Positions 1-12,561 of a DNA stretch of 64,000 bases are shown here, one piece after another. Every line of letters begins with the position of its first letter. The first letter of the stretch is position 1. The notes under the pieces were generated by a model. That model saw nothing but the letters and a program-made list of their open reading frames with translations. It ran no database searches and was not told where the DNA came from. The DNA comes from Squalus acanthias (Eukaryota), in the NCBI GenBank assembly GCA_030390025.1, contig CM059453.1, positions 7,688,001-7,752,000 on the forward strand, given 5' to 3'. Made by a program: the position numbers and the translations under genes.

Positions 1-720
1 GTATTCCCACTCCAATTGCCGGTTTTCTGCATGCCCTGCGCATGCGCTGAAAACCGGCAATTGGTCTTTTGAAAAGGGGGCGGTTCCTCGGTGCATCGCG
101 TGCGCGCTACAGGCTGCGCGCACGCTGTGCACTTCATGCTTTGGACGCGCAGGTTAGTACTGAAGATTTTAGAAATGGAAAAAGGAGGAGTAAGACCCAC
201 TTTTAACAAGGTAAGTTGTGAATTAAGTATGTTTTTGAATTTTTTTTAACAGGTATATCTTTTTTAGAGACTTTAAAGACAGGTAAGTTTATTTTTATAA
301 CTTTTTAAAAGATTTAAAACAATTTCAAAAATTTTATTTTTTATTTAAAATGGTTAATTTATTTAACTATACTTATTTTATTAATGTGATGGTTTTTTTT
401 AATTTAATTGAGGTTTAGATGTTATTTTGGGGGGGTGTAAGATTCATAGATTTCACAGCACGTAAGTGAAACTTATGAATGGAAGATGGTGTGCTGCCAT
501 TGGCTCTAACTGAGTCACGTGATCCCACAGCTCGCACGAATTCACTGCGCCGGTGGGATACGCAAGCACTGCCCAGCTGATGTCTCGAACATCAAGTTCG
601 TGCGAGCTGCATCTGAAAAAGCACAAGCGGAGTGAGAGAACGCGGGGAAGCCTTGCCCCCGCGGGAACAGAGCGAGATCAATGTCTGGGCCATTGAATCA
701 CTCTCAGCTGCTTTCAAACA
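1..720. mobile_element. Probable non-autonomous DNA transposon/MITE remnant with internal inverted repeats
   Basis: Perfect 16-bp IR at 12-27/49-64, 13-bp IR at about 528-540/596-608, CpG-rich flanks around an AT-rich core. Confidence 0.4.
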
Positions 721-835
721 TATTATGCAATGTATTAATAGACTATTAAACAGGAGAGCCAACCGGATTATTAAAGCGCTTTCACTGTAAGGTTGGTTAG
801 TATATATTTGTTTGTCAATATGCAGGGCCACATTA

Positions 836-1330
836 TGGTTATGTTACTGGTGTAGTAAACCAGAGGCCTGGATTAATGATCCAGAGACATGTTTTCAACT
901 CCCACCACGGATGCTGGGGAAATTTAAATTGAGTTAAACAAATGAACCTGGAATAAAAAGTTAGTATCAGTAATGCTGACCAGGAAAGTACAGGATTGTC
1001 GTAAAAACCCAACTGGTTCACTAATGTTTTTTAGGGAAAGAAATCTGACGTCCTTACCCGGTCTGGCCGACATCTGACACCAGAACCACAGCAATGTGTT
1101 TAACTCTTAACTGCACTCTGAAATGGCGGAGCAAGTCACTCAGTGATTGGGCAATTAGGGATAGGCAATAAATGCTGGCCTTGACAGCGACGCCCACATC
1201 CCGTGAATCAATAAAAACAATATATTGCATGTGTTCAAGTAAGCGGCTCAGCACCACCTTCTCAAGGGAAACTAGGGATGGGCAATAAATGCCGGCTTTG
1301 CCAGCAACGCCCACAGCCGAGAGCTATTTA
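836..1330 (+). mobile_element. tRNA-derived LF-SINE-like element with duplicated LINE-type tail
   Basis: Tail AGGGATGGGCAATAAATGCTGGCCTTG.CAGCGACGCCCACATCCC is shared with LINE fragments at 16480-17150, 25500-25750 and 27110-27540. Confidence 0.6.
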
Positions 1331-2309
1331 AAAAATGTCCCTGCATTTTTCCACGGCCAATTTTCCAATTATGCCCCCTTCTGAACATCGCGTTTCTTGT
1401 TGAAATGTGATTCCCGCCGGCAGCTCTCAAATGATCAGATCTTAGCTTTCAAGCCTCAAAGCGAGTGTCGGCGGGATTTTTAACAGGAGCGGGAGCACTG
1501 ACTGACCTTTAAGTGCCTAGCCCAGTTGAGCTAGACAGCAAACAGACTGATTGCTGTATTGGTTCTTGGTTTTTCAGAATGTTGGACAATCTACAATTGC
1601 AATTTAAATTGCAGTTTATTATAATTTCACTGGTTCCTCCTGCAGCCCGAGGTTTTGCTTGTTTCATGTTCTGTGTGAATGAAGTCTTCGCAATCCAATA
1701 GCGCCACACAGTGGCAGACCAACAGCATTACATAGGCGATCTGTCACTGTATCATCAGACACATCTGAGTCCAACAGGGGCAGAAATCCCGCATCTTGCG
1801 CAGACAAACTGCTAGTTTACCTCACCCAACCCAACATAGACTGTTTAAGTATGTACAGGTGCGTTGACCGAAGCAGATGCGGATGGAGAATGTGCTCTGC
1901 TTGATGCGATGCACTTGCTTCCTTTGTCCGTTAGATGGCGTGCGCTGTGATCTGGTCGCTTTGTGCACAACCTCTCCAAGCGCAAAAGACCATTTGAACC
2001 AATTTGCAGAGCAAGCACAGGAAGCTTCAGTTAGCTGAAGGGAATCTTAACCAGGAAACGCACTAATTCTTGTAAAGGTCCTGTCGGAATGCCTGTTCCG
2101 TTCAGCAATACCTCCTGGGTGTATTATGTTGAATTAAGGCTAAGTTTGGCGATTTACCAAGGTGACTGTTTGCTTCACTTCATGCATATTATCTGTTTGC
2201 AGTTTGAACACAGAGTCATTTTCTGGCAATCAACCTGCTTTTTAAATGTCACTGGGACATTGGAATCTGTTACACTGTGACGGCAAATAAATTATTGTAA
2301 AAAAAAATA

Positions 2310-2860
2310 CTAAAGCAAATTATTGTGGAGGCTGGAAATCTGAAATTAAAACAAAAAATGCTGGAAATACTCAGCAGCTCAGGCAGCATCCGTGGAGCGA
2401 GAAACAGAGTTAGCGTTTCAGGTCGATGAGCTTTCGTCAGATCTGGAAAACCTTTGAGATGTAACAGGTATAAGCAAGTGCAGATGCAGGGAAAGGGGGA
2501 GGGGAGGAAAGAACAAAAGGGAAGGTCTGTGAAAGGGTGGAAGGCAGGTGAGATTTTATGACAAAAAGCATGATGGTGCGAGGCGAAAGGAGGTGGTAAT
2601 GGAGCAAGTAAATAAACAGAAGATGGATTTAGAGGAGGTGTAAATGGGAATAGCAGAATCACCAGCAACAGCTTCCGTCCGAAAACAATGCGGGCAGAGG
2701 TAATGAACTGAAAAGTGGAACGCAATGTTGAGTCCGGAGGACTGTAAAGTGCCGAATCGAAAGATGAGGTTCTGTTCCTCGAGCTTCCATTGAGCTTCAT
2801 TGGAACATTGTAGGAGGCGGAGGAAAGAAAGATCAGAGTGGGAATGGGGAGCTGAATTAA
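2310..2860 (-). mobile_element. Penelope-like element 3' remnant (GIY-YIG C-terminus plus hammerhead-containing repeat)
   Basis: Minus strand encodes ...SNEAQWKLEEQNLIFR; CTGACGA...GAAAC core at 2401-2440. Confidence 0.7.
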
Positions 2861-3369
2861 AATTTGCTTCTTACTGTACAAAACGGTAGGGAATGTAGTG
2901 AGAGTAATCCAGAGAACAAGAGTTCAAATCCAAATATGGCAGTTTGAGAATGTGAATGCAGGTTTTACAAATCTGCACGTAAATAAGCTGGAATCTCAGA
3001 GAGTGACCTTGTAGCTGGTGAATGCCACTTAGTCGAATCAAGCTCAGCGCAGTTTCGAATGAGCAAGAAATAAATTATTTGACATGCTATGTCTAGGTAG
3101 CGTGTCGAAAAATATTCTAAGCATGAAGCTCAAGTTGAATTAATCGCAGACCCGCCTCTTTATAATTCCATCCTTTCAGAAGGATAACGATGGAATCAGA
3201 ATAACTATTTCTGAAATTTTAGCTGCTGTAATGAAGGAAACTGGTGGAAGTTGACAGAAAGGTGAAAATTTATTACACTGGGCTGGGATAGTTTGCACAT
3301 CTAACTCTACAACCGACAGAGAGACTCAACGGTATCCGGCAGGACTATTTAACAACATAATAGGGAGGG

Positions 3370-4090
3370 GTCCCCTCCAGAGACTTGAGCACAAAAATCT
3401 AGACTGAAACTCCAGTGCAGTACTGAGGGAGCGCTTCACTGTCAGAGGGGTAGTACTGAGGAAGCGCTGCACTGTCAGAGGGGCAGTACTGAGGGAGCGC
3501 CGCACTGTCGGAGGGGCAGTACTGAGGGAGCGCTGCACTGTCGGAGGGGCAGTACTGAGGTAGCGCTGCATTGTCGGAGGGGCAGTGCTAGGGGAAGCAC
3601 TACTCTGTCGGAGGGGCAGTAATGAGGGAGTGCTGCACTGTCTGAGGGGCTGTACTGAGTGAGCGCCGCACTGTCGGAGGGGCAGAACTGAGGGAGCACT
3701 GCACTGTCGGAGGGGCAGTACTGAGGGAGCGCTGCACGGTCTTAGGGGCAGTGCTGAGGGAGCGCCGCACTGTTGGAGGTGCCGTGTTTCAGAGGAGCCG
3801 TTAAACCAAGGCCCCGTCTGCTCTTTCAGGTGGACGTAAACGATCCCATGGCCACTATTTCGAAGAAGAGCAGGTGAAGTTCTCCCCGGTGTCCTGGGCC
3901 CAATATTTATCCCTCAGTCAACATAACAGAAACAGATGATCTGGTCATTATCACATTGGTGGTGTTGGGAGCTTGTTGTGCGCATATTGGCTGCGACATT
4001 TCTTACATTACAACAGTGACCACACTTCAAAAGTACTTAATTGGCTGTAAAGAACTTTGGGATGTCCTGAAAGGCGCTATAGAAATGCTC
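3370..4090 (+). mobile_element. Shark Deu-domain/SacSINE1-like SINE with L2-type 3' tail
   Basis: Recognisable body and tail ...TTGGCTGTAAAG..CTTTGGGA.GTCCTGAAAGGCGCTATA.AAATGC; family name from recall. Confidence 0.7.
3418..3780. repeat. 33-bp minisatellite (CAGTACTGAGGGAGCGCTGCACTGTCGGAGGGG), about 11 copies inside a SINE
   Basis: Head-to-tail copies; 11-aa periodicity in ORF 3326-3571; the same motif is single-copy in SINEs at 7298 and 62480. Confidence 0.92.
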
Positions 4091-4128
4091 GGAAAGAAAA
4101 GCAAATTTCGAATTAGGGAAATAGTTAT

Positions 4129-4134
4129 TTTATT
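4129..4134 (-). terminator. Candidate polyadenylation signal AATAAA of gene A
   Basis: AATAAA on the minus strand about 270 nt after the stop codon, followed by a U-rich tract. Confidence 0.45.
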
Positions 4135-4405
4135 ATTAAAGCAGTTAAAAAAGTTTAAAATTACATTGACCATTCACGTCCCCTTCCTGCACCGTTACGG
4201 AAGTATGATTGGAGTGGACAATCTTTGGGATTGTATACAAACTGTCTCAGGAAGAGATTTTAAAATGTTAGCGATTACTCTCGGAATGATATCCATTATC
4301 ACAGTACCTCCTGGAGTGCGAGGTTCTGTTCTAACTTATAAAAAACAGTTTTCTTAAGATATTGACCAGTTCCATCTGTCAGAATAGGGTGAATGCCGCT
4401 GATTT

Positions 4406-4573
4406 TCAATTGCATTTAATTGCGGCGTATTCACACGACTCCTCGTTCTGGAGATATCGCTCCTGCTTTCGAACCTTTGAAACACTGACAGCTGCATACA
4501 GGACCTCTTCACTTTGAGCTGACTGGTTTGATGGAGCCCCTCTCACACCAGTTTTTCCATACTTTTCTTGTCT
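4406..4573 (-). CDS. Gene A exon 8, cytoplasmic tail with ITIM (VLYAAV) and terminal ITIM/ITSM-like motif (CEYAAI)
   Basis: tttacag phase-0 acceptor; RQEKYGKTGVRGAPSNQSAQSEEVLYAAVSVSKVRKQERYLQNEESCEYAAIKCN*. Confidence 0.88.
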   Translation of the reverse strand, partial: RQEKYGKTGVRGAPSNQSAQSEEVLYAAVSVSKVRKQERYLQNEESCEYAAIKCN

Positions 4574-4719
4574 CTGTAAACGAAAGCAGTGCGTTAGATG
4601 TGGAGATACTGAACCGGGTGAGAGTGTGGTTACTGAACCAGAATAACCCGCTTTATTCCATCACTGTCACCATTCTAATTTTCCTATTCAGCTCCTTCTG
4701 CCTCGAAAAGGAAACCGTG

Positions 4720-5340
4720 GGCTTCCCCTGGCCCCGAGAACCGCCGCGCCGATAGTATTCGCCCCTCCTCAACACTTACCCGACTGCTGGGGGGCAGTTC
4801 CCGCTGTGTCCCCCTGGGCCAGCTTGATTTTAGTTCTCCGCTCCACTCCCACTCTGACCTCTCTGACCTCGGCCTCTTACACTGTTCCAATGAAACTCAA
4901 CGGAAACTCGAGGAACGGCACCTCCTCTTCCGATTAGGCATTTATCCGCCTTGCAGGCTCTACATTGAGTTCAACAATTTCCGATCGTCACCACTGCCCT
5001 ATTGTTTCGGACGGTAGTTGTTGGTAATGTTTCTGCCGTTGCCATTTACACCTCCTCTAGACCCAATTTAGATTGCTTTACTTGCCCAATACCATCTCCT
5101 TTTGCATTGCACCATCATCTCTTTTGTCATTTAATATCTCCTGCCTTCCACCCTATCACAGAACTTCCCTTTTGTCCTATCCTCCTTTCCCTGCATCTGC
5201 ACTTGCTTAAAATCTGTTACTTCTCGAATCGTTTCCAGTTCTGACGAAAAGTCATCGACCTGAAACGTTAACTCTGTTTCTCTCTCCACAGACGCTGCCT
5301 GAACTGCTGAATATTTCCAGCATTTTCTTTTTTTATTATA
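4720..5340 (+). mobile_element. Penelope-like element 3' remnant
   Basis: GLLHCSNETQRKLEERHLLFRLG-like frame; inverted relative to 2310-2860; hammerhead core at 5241-5280. Confidence 0.72.
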
Positions 5341-5967
5341 GCCAATGATTGCAGTCGGGTTCGGGTGGGAGTCGGGGCTGGATATTGAATTAAGACCCCG
5401 GATTTAAAATTTGTCCGGTCTTGGTCATGCCAGCCTATTGCTCACACAGGCCCCTCGCACGGAATGTTGCCGCCTCGCGGTAAAATAGAGCCTTAAAATC
5501 CAGGGAGGACAATGTTAATAATCCCAGCAAAATACCATGCTATTTGACCCTCTCAAACCCCTCATACTACGTGATCTTGTTGATTATTTAAACCACCGGT
5601 GGTAATGTGGTGTGAGAGAGGAGCGTAAACATTATTCTGTTTAATACATGTAGTGACACGGTCAATCGGTTTTCTCAGACACACTTTGAATTCAATAGAA
5701 ATCCACTACAGAGAAAATGCATGATGCATTTATCAGGACATGACCTTTTCTGTTAGTCGTGTGAGGTGCTCATTTTATCCCTTATAAACTCCGTCAAACA
5801 GGTGTCCAGAACACGTGTTGACCCGTTGAACTGCACGGTTAATGTGTCTCACTCTGGTTACAAACAGTGCCAATATCAGGCAGGGGTAACTCCTTCGGAT
5901 GCTGGGCCGTTGTCATGCCCTCACTTATCTCGGTGTTAAACGGGGTCTACGCCACAAATTAACTCAC

Positions 5968-6016
5968 CGAATCGTTGTTGGTAAGGGGGACACCAGTGGT
6001 AGCTCTTGTCTTCTTC
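5968..6016 (-). CDS. Gene A exon 7, juxtamembrane cytoplasmic (RKKTRATTGVPLTNNDS)
   Basis: tttttttgaatcag acceptor, phase 2 matches the TM exon, basic stop-transfer residues, TCG|GTGAGT phase-0 donor. Confidence 0.75.
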
Positions 6017-7189
6017 CTGATTCAAAAAAAATGCAATTAAGTCACATCATATAATTGATTAAAATTATCTCTAAAAAATCCGTTCGGAAATTCAGGTCAT
6101 TGCATATTTCCAAATGAAGATTTCTCCCTATCTCAAGGAACTGGTTAATGACGTGGTGCAGTCCGCACTGAGAGGAATGTTCAGCCTGTACAATGGTTCA
6201 TCACAATTGTAGAGAGTTTGTTCGCACCTATTCAAATAACGCCACAGGAATTCCGCACACTAAGATAACACTATTTAAACAGCAAATAGAGGAGTTTTGA
6301 AAAGTGCGTGCACACCGAGTACGTATCTGACAGGGGAGTGTTGCTGTTTATTAAGACTGTGTTTGAACGGCAGGCATGAGTTTCACACATTACCTTAACA
6401 CCCTATTAAGCAGACAAGTGTTTCATACAATGTGTTCACACCTTGTTAAATAGACAAGATTTGCACACATTGGCTTAACACGCTATCTGAAGAGCAGACG
6501 GAAGAGTTTAATGCAAAATCCGAACGACATTTGATAATTGCAGACGGGACTGCCATGTAGTTGCGGTAACACGTTAATTCCTGATATTACACAGCTCAAT
6601 TCTGGTCCATTGGTGTTGTGAAATGATGGAGAAAGAAATTTCCTTTTTGATTTAGTTTGAAAGTTTGGATTCTGTGTTCTTGATTCTGTGACTAAAACGA
6701 ATGATTGTGTATTTAAACTTAGTTAGTTATTGTTTTTTTTCTAATACTCTCATGTTAAATTGTAGATAACAAGCAGCTTCACTCAAACAGGAATATTGGA
6801 GCTCATGGATATACACTTGCTGCACAGTCTATGGCTGTTGTCAGGCATGGGCCTGAGGAAAGAGCCAAGCCTTTCTTTTCAAACACAGACTTCTTCTGTG
6901 ATTATTTAAAATATCTTTGTATTAGCTGCTTCTTTTGAATTGTCGATTTATTTAAAGTCACTTGCTTCCAGTTACTTTGATGATGGCATTTCACAACCTA
7001 CCTTTTTTCAATTGAGAAATTCTGGCAGAACCCTTGGAAGATGCATAGTGAAACTAAACAGCTTCAGAAGAAAGAGTGACAGATAAGAATAACACGTTTC
7101 TCCAAATTCCGCTGTTTTTCTATTGCACCCTAATAACTAACGTAAAAATATACTCTGAGAACTTGCTACCAGCTTTCGGCTGTTAGCTT

Positions 7190-7885
7190 GTCAGCCGTGT
7201 CTCAGTGTACAGCACCCTCGCCACTGAGTCAGAAGGTTGTCTGTTAAAGTCTCACTCCAGGGACTTGAGCACCAAAATCATGGCTGACACTCCACTGCAG
7301 TACTGAGGGAGCGCTGCACTGTCAGAAGTGCCGTCTTTCGGAAGAGACGTTAAACCGAGGCCCCGTCTGCTCTCTCAGTTGGGCGTGAAAGATCCCAAGG
7401 CACCATTTCGAAGAAGAGCAGGGGCGTTATCCCCGGTTTCCTGGGCCAATATTTATCCCTCAATCAACATCACTAAAGCAGATTATCTGGTCATTGTCAG
7501 ATTGCTGTTTGTGGGAGCTTCCTGTGGTGAACCTGTTGAATTCTCTACCACAGAAGGTAGTTGAGGCCAAGTCATTAAATATATTCAAGAATGAGTTAGA
7601 TATATTTCTTAACGCTAAAGGGATCAAGGGATATGGGGAGAAGGCAGGTACAGGGTACTGAGTTTGGATGATCAGACATGATCTCATCGAATGGCGGAGC
7701 AGGCTCGAGGGGCCGAATGGCCTACTCCTGCTCCAATCTTCTATGTTTCAATGTGCGCAATTTGCCTGCCGCGTTTCCTGCATTGCATCAGTGACTACAC
7801 TTCAAAAGGATTTCATTGGCTGTAAAGCGCTTTCAGACGTCCTGTGTCAGTGAAAGGCGATGTTTCAATGCAACTCTTTCTTTAC
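7190..7885 (+). mobile_element. Same SINE family with a nested CR1 3' fragment (about 7525-7750)
   Basis: SINE body interrupted by a CR1 3' end; the copy at the paralogous position, 62165-62615 (minus), lacks the CR1. Confidence 0.75.
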
Positions 7886-9032
7886 TTTCTTAATATTGGA
7901 GAGATTATTTCTATAAAACCATTCGTGGCCCCCACACTGCCTCTGTAACGGCCTCTGGTCCTACAACAATCGGCACCGGTTCCAAATCTCCGATGTTCTG
8001 ATCCCAGCCTCTTGTTCCCCCTTTCGATCACCCTCCATTGGCGGCCGTGCCTTCCATCACTCAGCCCACACACTCTGGAATTATCTCCTTGGAATCAACC
8101 GCGGCTCCACTTCCCTCTTCTCCATTCAGACCCTACTTAAACACCCCATCATTGACCAAGATTTAAATCACTGATCATTACATCAGCTTCTTTGAATTGG
8201 TGTCCGAGTTATGTTCCCTTGTGAAGCCCTTGCAACTGTTCTTACAAGATGCTATAGGAATGCAAGTTGTTGGTTAGCTGTGGAAGGCCAAATCCAGAAG
8301 AATAAACTTGCAATTATATAGTGCCTTTACCTCAGGATCTTCCCAAAGCATTCCGCAGCCAATGAATTATGATTTGAAACTAGTTTTATAGACAAACATG
8401 GAAGCCACTTTGAGCACAGCAATATCCCACAAACAACAATAAGACAAATGAAGAGTTAATCTGCTTTCCTGGAGTGATTGGGAAATATATGTTTGTCGTG
8501 ACACAGGGAGAACTTCACTGCTCTTCCACTAATATTGTCATGGGATCTTTAATATCCACTTGAGCAGGCAAATGGTGTTTCTGATTAAATGTCTGGTATG
8601 AAAGACGGCATCTCCCACAATGCCGCTCTCCACCACAATGTCAGACCAGAAGTGGTTCTCAAGTTTTGGTTTAATGCTTGAACCCAAAAGCTTTGGACAT
8701 GGAAGCGAAAGCTACTGGGGCAAAGGCTAGAGAACCACTATTCTGGTGTTATTGGAGCTGGGAGAAGCGATAGGCCGGCGATAGACCAGCGATAGACTGG
8801 CCATAGAGCGACCAGGGGCAGGTGAGCCTTTAACACTTCCCTACTTGCACCACAGAAGCACTTGACCTCTTTAATCCTCCCCTTTACAAATCTTAGCTGA
8901 GGTTCAGGGTCAATGCTCTCATGGGTTAATTATTTGAAACAATTGTTTCTCACAGGCAGATATCCTGATGTCATGGCCCCTATCAAATCTGTGATTTACA
9001 CAATAGTTTAAGTAATTATGAAACACACATAC

Positions 9033-9117
9033 CTGTGCACCATCACCACGATCAGGATCAAAAGGATAACTGCCGCGGCTGCCAGTACTGAGATGAGAAT
9101 TTCCCAGGGAAATGTTT
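9033..9117 (-). CDS. Gene A exon 6, transmembrane (ETFPWEILISVLAAAAVILLILIVVMVHR)
   Basis: ttttag acceptor, CAG|GTATGT donor, 85 nt phase 1-2, uncharged hydrophobic span; paralog at 60971-61055. Confidence 0.88.
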
Positions 9118-9499
9118 CTAAAATATTCAAAAAGACTTTGCTGTTTATTATTGCTCTAAGATTACATCATGGTTTTAGGATAACTTTTGTCAGCTAGTGT
9201 AGGAAAGTTTCCTCGAAATTCTCATCTTAAAAGTAAGAGTTCAGTATTTCTATCCATTCCTAAAAAGACAGGACTCTGACCCGGCTATCAGAAGATGGAG
9301 GACTTGGAAATGACCCCCAATCTGATCTCCCTACAAATCCTTATTATATTTTATTCATCTATTGGGCAATGTTCACTCAACACAGAGAGAGCATCATTTG
9401 AACGGATTTCTCTTTCCAAAGACTAACACTGAATTTCAGCAATGGATTTGTCCCCTGTGTAAATTTGAAATAATTGTCTTAAGATTGCTGTCCTATATA

Positions 9500-10862
9500 G
9501 AGTCATAGTCATAGAGTCATCGAGTTATACAGCACAGAAAGAGGCCCTTCGGCACATCGTGTCCGCACCGGCCATCAAGCCCTGTCTATTATAATCCCAT
9601 TTTCCAGCACTTGGTCCGTAGCCTTGTATGCTATGGCGTTTCAAGTGCTCATCTAAATGCTTCTTCAATGTTGTGAGGGTTCCTGCCGCTACCACCCTTT
9701 CAGGCAGTGAGTTCCAGGTTCCAACCACCCTCTACGTGAAAAGGTTTTTCCTCAAATCCCCTCTAAACCTCCTGCCCCTTACCTTGAAACTATGCCCCCT
9801 GGTTAGTGACCCCTCTACTAAGGGGAAAAGTTACTTTCTATCTAGGCTATCTATGCCCCTCATAATTTGGACAAATCAATCAGCCTTCTCTGCTCTAAGG
9901 AAAACAACCCCAGCATGTCCAGTCTCTCCATAGCTGAAACGCTCCAGCCCAGGTAACATCCTGGTGAATCTCCTCTGCACCCTCTCTAATATTCTATATC
10001 TCGGCAAATGAAGGCAAGTATCCCATATGCCTTCTTAACCACCTTATCCAAGTGTCCTGCTGCCTTCAGGGATCTATGTACAAGCACATCAAGGTCCCAC
10101 TGATACTCTGTCCTTCATTGGGTCCTACCATTCATTGTTTATTCCCTTGCCTTGTTAGTCCTCCCAAAACACATCACCTCACACTTTTCAGGGTGAAATT
10201 CCATTTGCCAATGTTCTGCCCATCTGACCAACCGTCCAAATCATCCTGTAGCCTGAGGCTTCACTCCTCGCTATTTACCACACCACCAATTTTCGTGTCA
10301 TCTGCGAACTTACTGATCATACCTCATAAATTCATATCTAATTCATTAATGTACACTACAAACAGCAAGGGACCCAGCACCGATCCCTGCGGTACACCAT
10401 TGGACACAGGCTTCCAATCACAAAAACAACCTTCGGCCATCACCCTCTGCCTCCTACCACTAAGACAATTTTGGATCCAATGTGCCAAATTGCCCTGGAT
10501 CCCATGGGCTCTTATCTTCTTGACCATTCTCCAATGCTGGACTTTGTCAAAAGCCTTACTGAAGTCCATGTAGACTACATCAACTGCACTACCCTCAAAC
10601 ACACACCTAGTCATCCCCTCTAAAAATTCAATCAAATTGGTTAGACATGATCACCCCCGGACAAAGCCATGCTGATTATCCTTGATTAATCCTTGCCTCT
10701 CCAATTGGAGACTAATTCTGTCCCTCAGAATTGTTTCCAATAATTTCCCTACCACTGATGTTAGGCTCACTGGCCTGAAAATTCCCAGGTTTATCCCAAC
10801 TACACTTCTTGAATCATGGTACTACGTTCGCTGACCTCCAGTCCTCTGGTACCTCCCCTATG
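9500..10862 (-). mobile_element. CR1 LINE, 5'-truncated RT and 3' end
   Basis: VDVVYMDFSKAFDKV, GVPQGSVLGPLLF, WNSLP; paralog at 59106-60575. Confidence 0.92.
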
Positions 10863-10954
10863 TTAAATTCATAAGAAAACGAAATAAGAAAATGTAAATA
10901 AAAAATACCCGGTCCACATCTCAGCATTGGTAACGCATGTTGATTCATTTAATG

Positions 10955-11330
10955 CAAATTGTTCGTGTATAAAATTATGTGGATCATAGAAAGAGTGGAT
11001 TGGAAGGACGTATTTCCCTTAGGAGAGATGTCAAAAACCAGGGGGCATAGATTTAAAGTAATTGGTGGAAGGATTAGAGGGGATTTGAGTGGAACCTATT
11101 TCACCCAGAGGGTTCTGGGGGAATGGAACTCACTGCCTGAAAGAGTGATAGAGGCAACACCCTAATTGCATTTCAAAAGTACTTGGATATGCACTTGAAG
11201 CACCGTAACCTGCAAAGCTACGGACCAAGAACTGAAAAGTGGGATTGGGCTGGATAGCTCTTTTTCGGCCGCCACACACACGAATAGCCGAATGATCTCC
11301 TTCTGTGCCGTAAATTTCTATGATTCTAAC
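10955..11330 (+). mobile_element. CR1 LINE 3' fragment
   Basis: KTRGHRFK...FTQRV..WNSLP; paralog at 58640-59010. Confidence 0.85.
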
Positions 11331-11714
11331 TGAGATGTTTTTGCAAAATTGTGCCTTAAAGAACTCGCGACTCCTCTTCATACGATACGATGTTTGAATT
11401 GCATGGGACCATCAATCTTGAAAACATGTGATTAATGATCTGACTAAATATATGATTCCAGGTATAAACCCGACAGCCTACCTATATCATCGCTGCACAC
11501 TCGGATCTGTTCGCCTGCTATCCAATAATTCAAATCAATCTAGTTTCTGCTCTTTCAATTATCCCAAATATTCTCGATCAATTTTCAGGATTATCTCATG
11601 TTATCTTCTCATAATATCTCCATGACAACTATCCAGGGGCTATCTGAAATAGCTCTAAAAAGTGTTTTATTGAGCGAGGTGAAAAAGTTGAACTAAATGT
11701 TCAAAACTACCAAG

Positions 11715-12365
11715 TTCATAAGAACAAAATAACTTAAGAATTAGGAGCAGGAGTCGGTGCTACGGCCACTCCAACCTGCTCCGCCATTCAATAAGATCAT
11801 GGCTGATCTTGGACCACAACTCCACTTTCCCGCCCGATCCCCATATCCCTTAATTCTCCTGCAGTCCAAAAATCTATCGATCTCAGCCTCCACAACCCTC
11901 TGGGTTAGAGAATTCCAAAACTTCACAATCCTCTGAGTGAAGAAATGCCTCCTCATCTCAGTCTTTAATGGCCCACGCCTTATCCTGAGAATATGCGCCC
12001 GAGTTCTGGGCACTCAAACCAGGTTAAATAGCCTCTCCACATCTACCAGGGGAAACAACCGCTCCGCATCTATTTGGAGATCGGGCACTAAAGTGGAGTT
12101 GAGGTCGATGATCATTCATGAACTTATTGAATGGCGGAGCAGGCTCGAGGGGCCGTATGGCCGACTCCTGCTCCTACTTCTTATGTTCTTACCCTGTCAA
12201 TCCCCTCAGAAGCTTATATATTTCACTGAGATCACCTCTCATTCTTCTAAACTCCAGAGAGTATAGGCCTAGTCTGCTCAATCTCACATCATATGTCAAC
12301 TCTCTCATTCCAGGTATCAATTTATTGAATCTTCGTCGCACCGCCTCTAAGTATATCCTTCCTCA
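11715..12365 (-). mobile_element. CR1 LINE 3' fragment with a nested opposite-strand CR1 tail (about 12075-12190)
   Basis: KTEMRRHFFTQRIV.FWNSL; paralog at 57760-58250. Confidence 0.85.
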
Positions 12366-12561
12366 GAAAACGAGACTAAAACTTTGCAAGTTAAATTAAA
12401 TGAAAGACTGCTGCCGGCTACCGTTAGACTGAGAGGAAACCTGACTTCATAAGGAGTTTAATTAACTCAGTAGTTTCTGTTTTATTAACGATTGCGGGCT
12501 GCTTCTATTGCTTTATATTAATCCTTTCCATTCGAGATAAAAAGAAGGCGACAAGAAACAG

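Noticed and set aside
2270-2881. 203-aa ORF
   Set aside because: Off-frame reading of a Penelope remnant with a low-complexity UTR
3418-3780. CRISPR-like array
   Set aside because: Head-to-tail repeats with no unique spacers, inside a vertebrate SINE; no cas genes
8765-8815. Short GCGATAG(A/G)CC tandem motif
   Set aside because: Three to four degenerate 11-bp intronic copies with no sign of function
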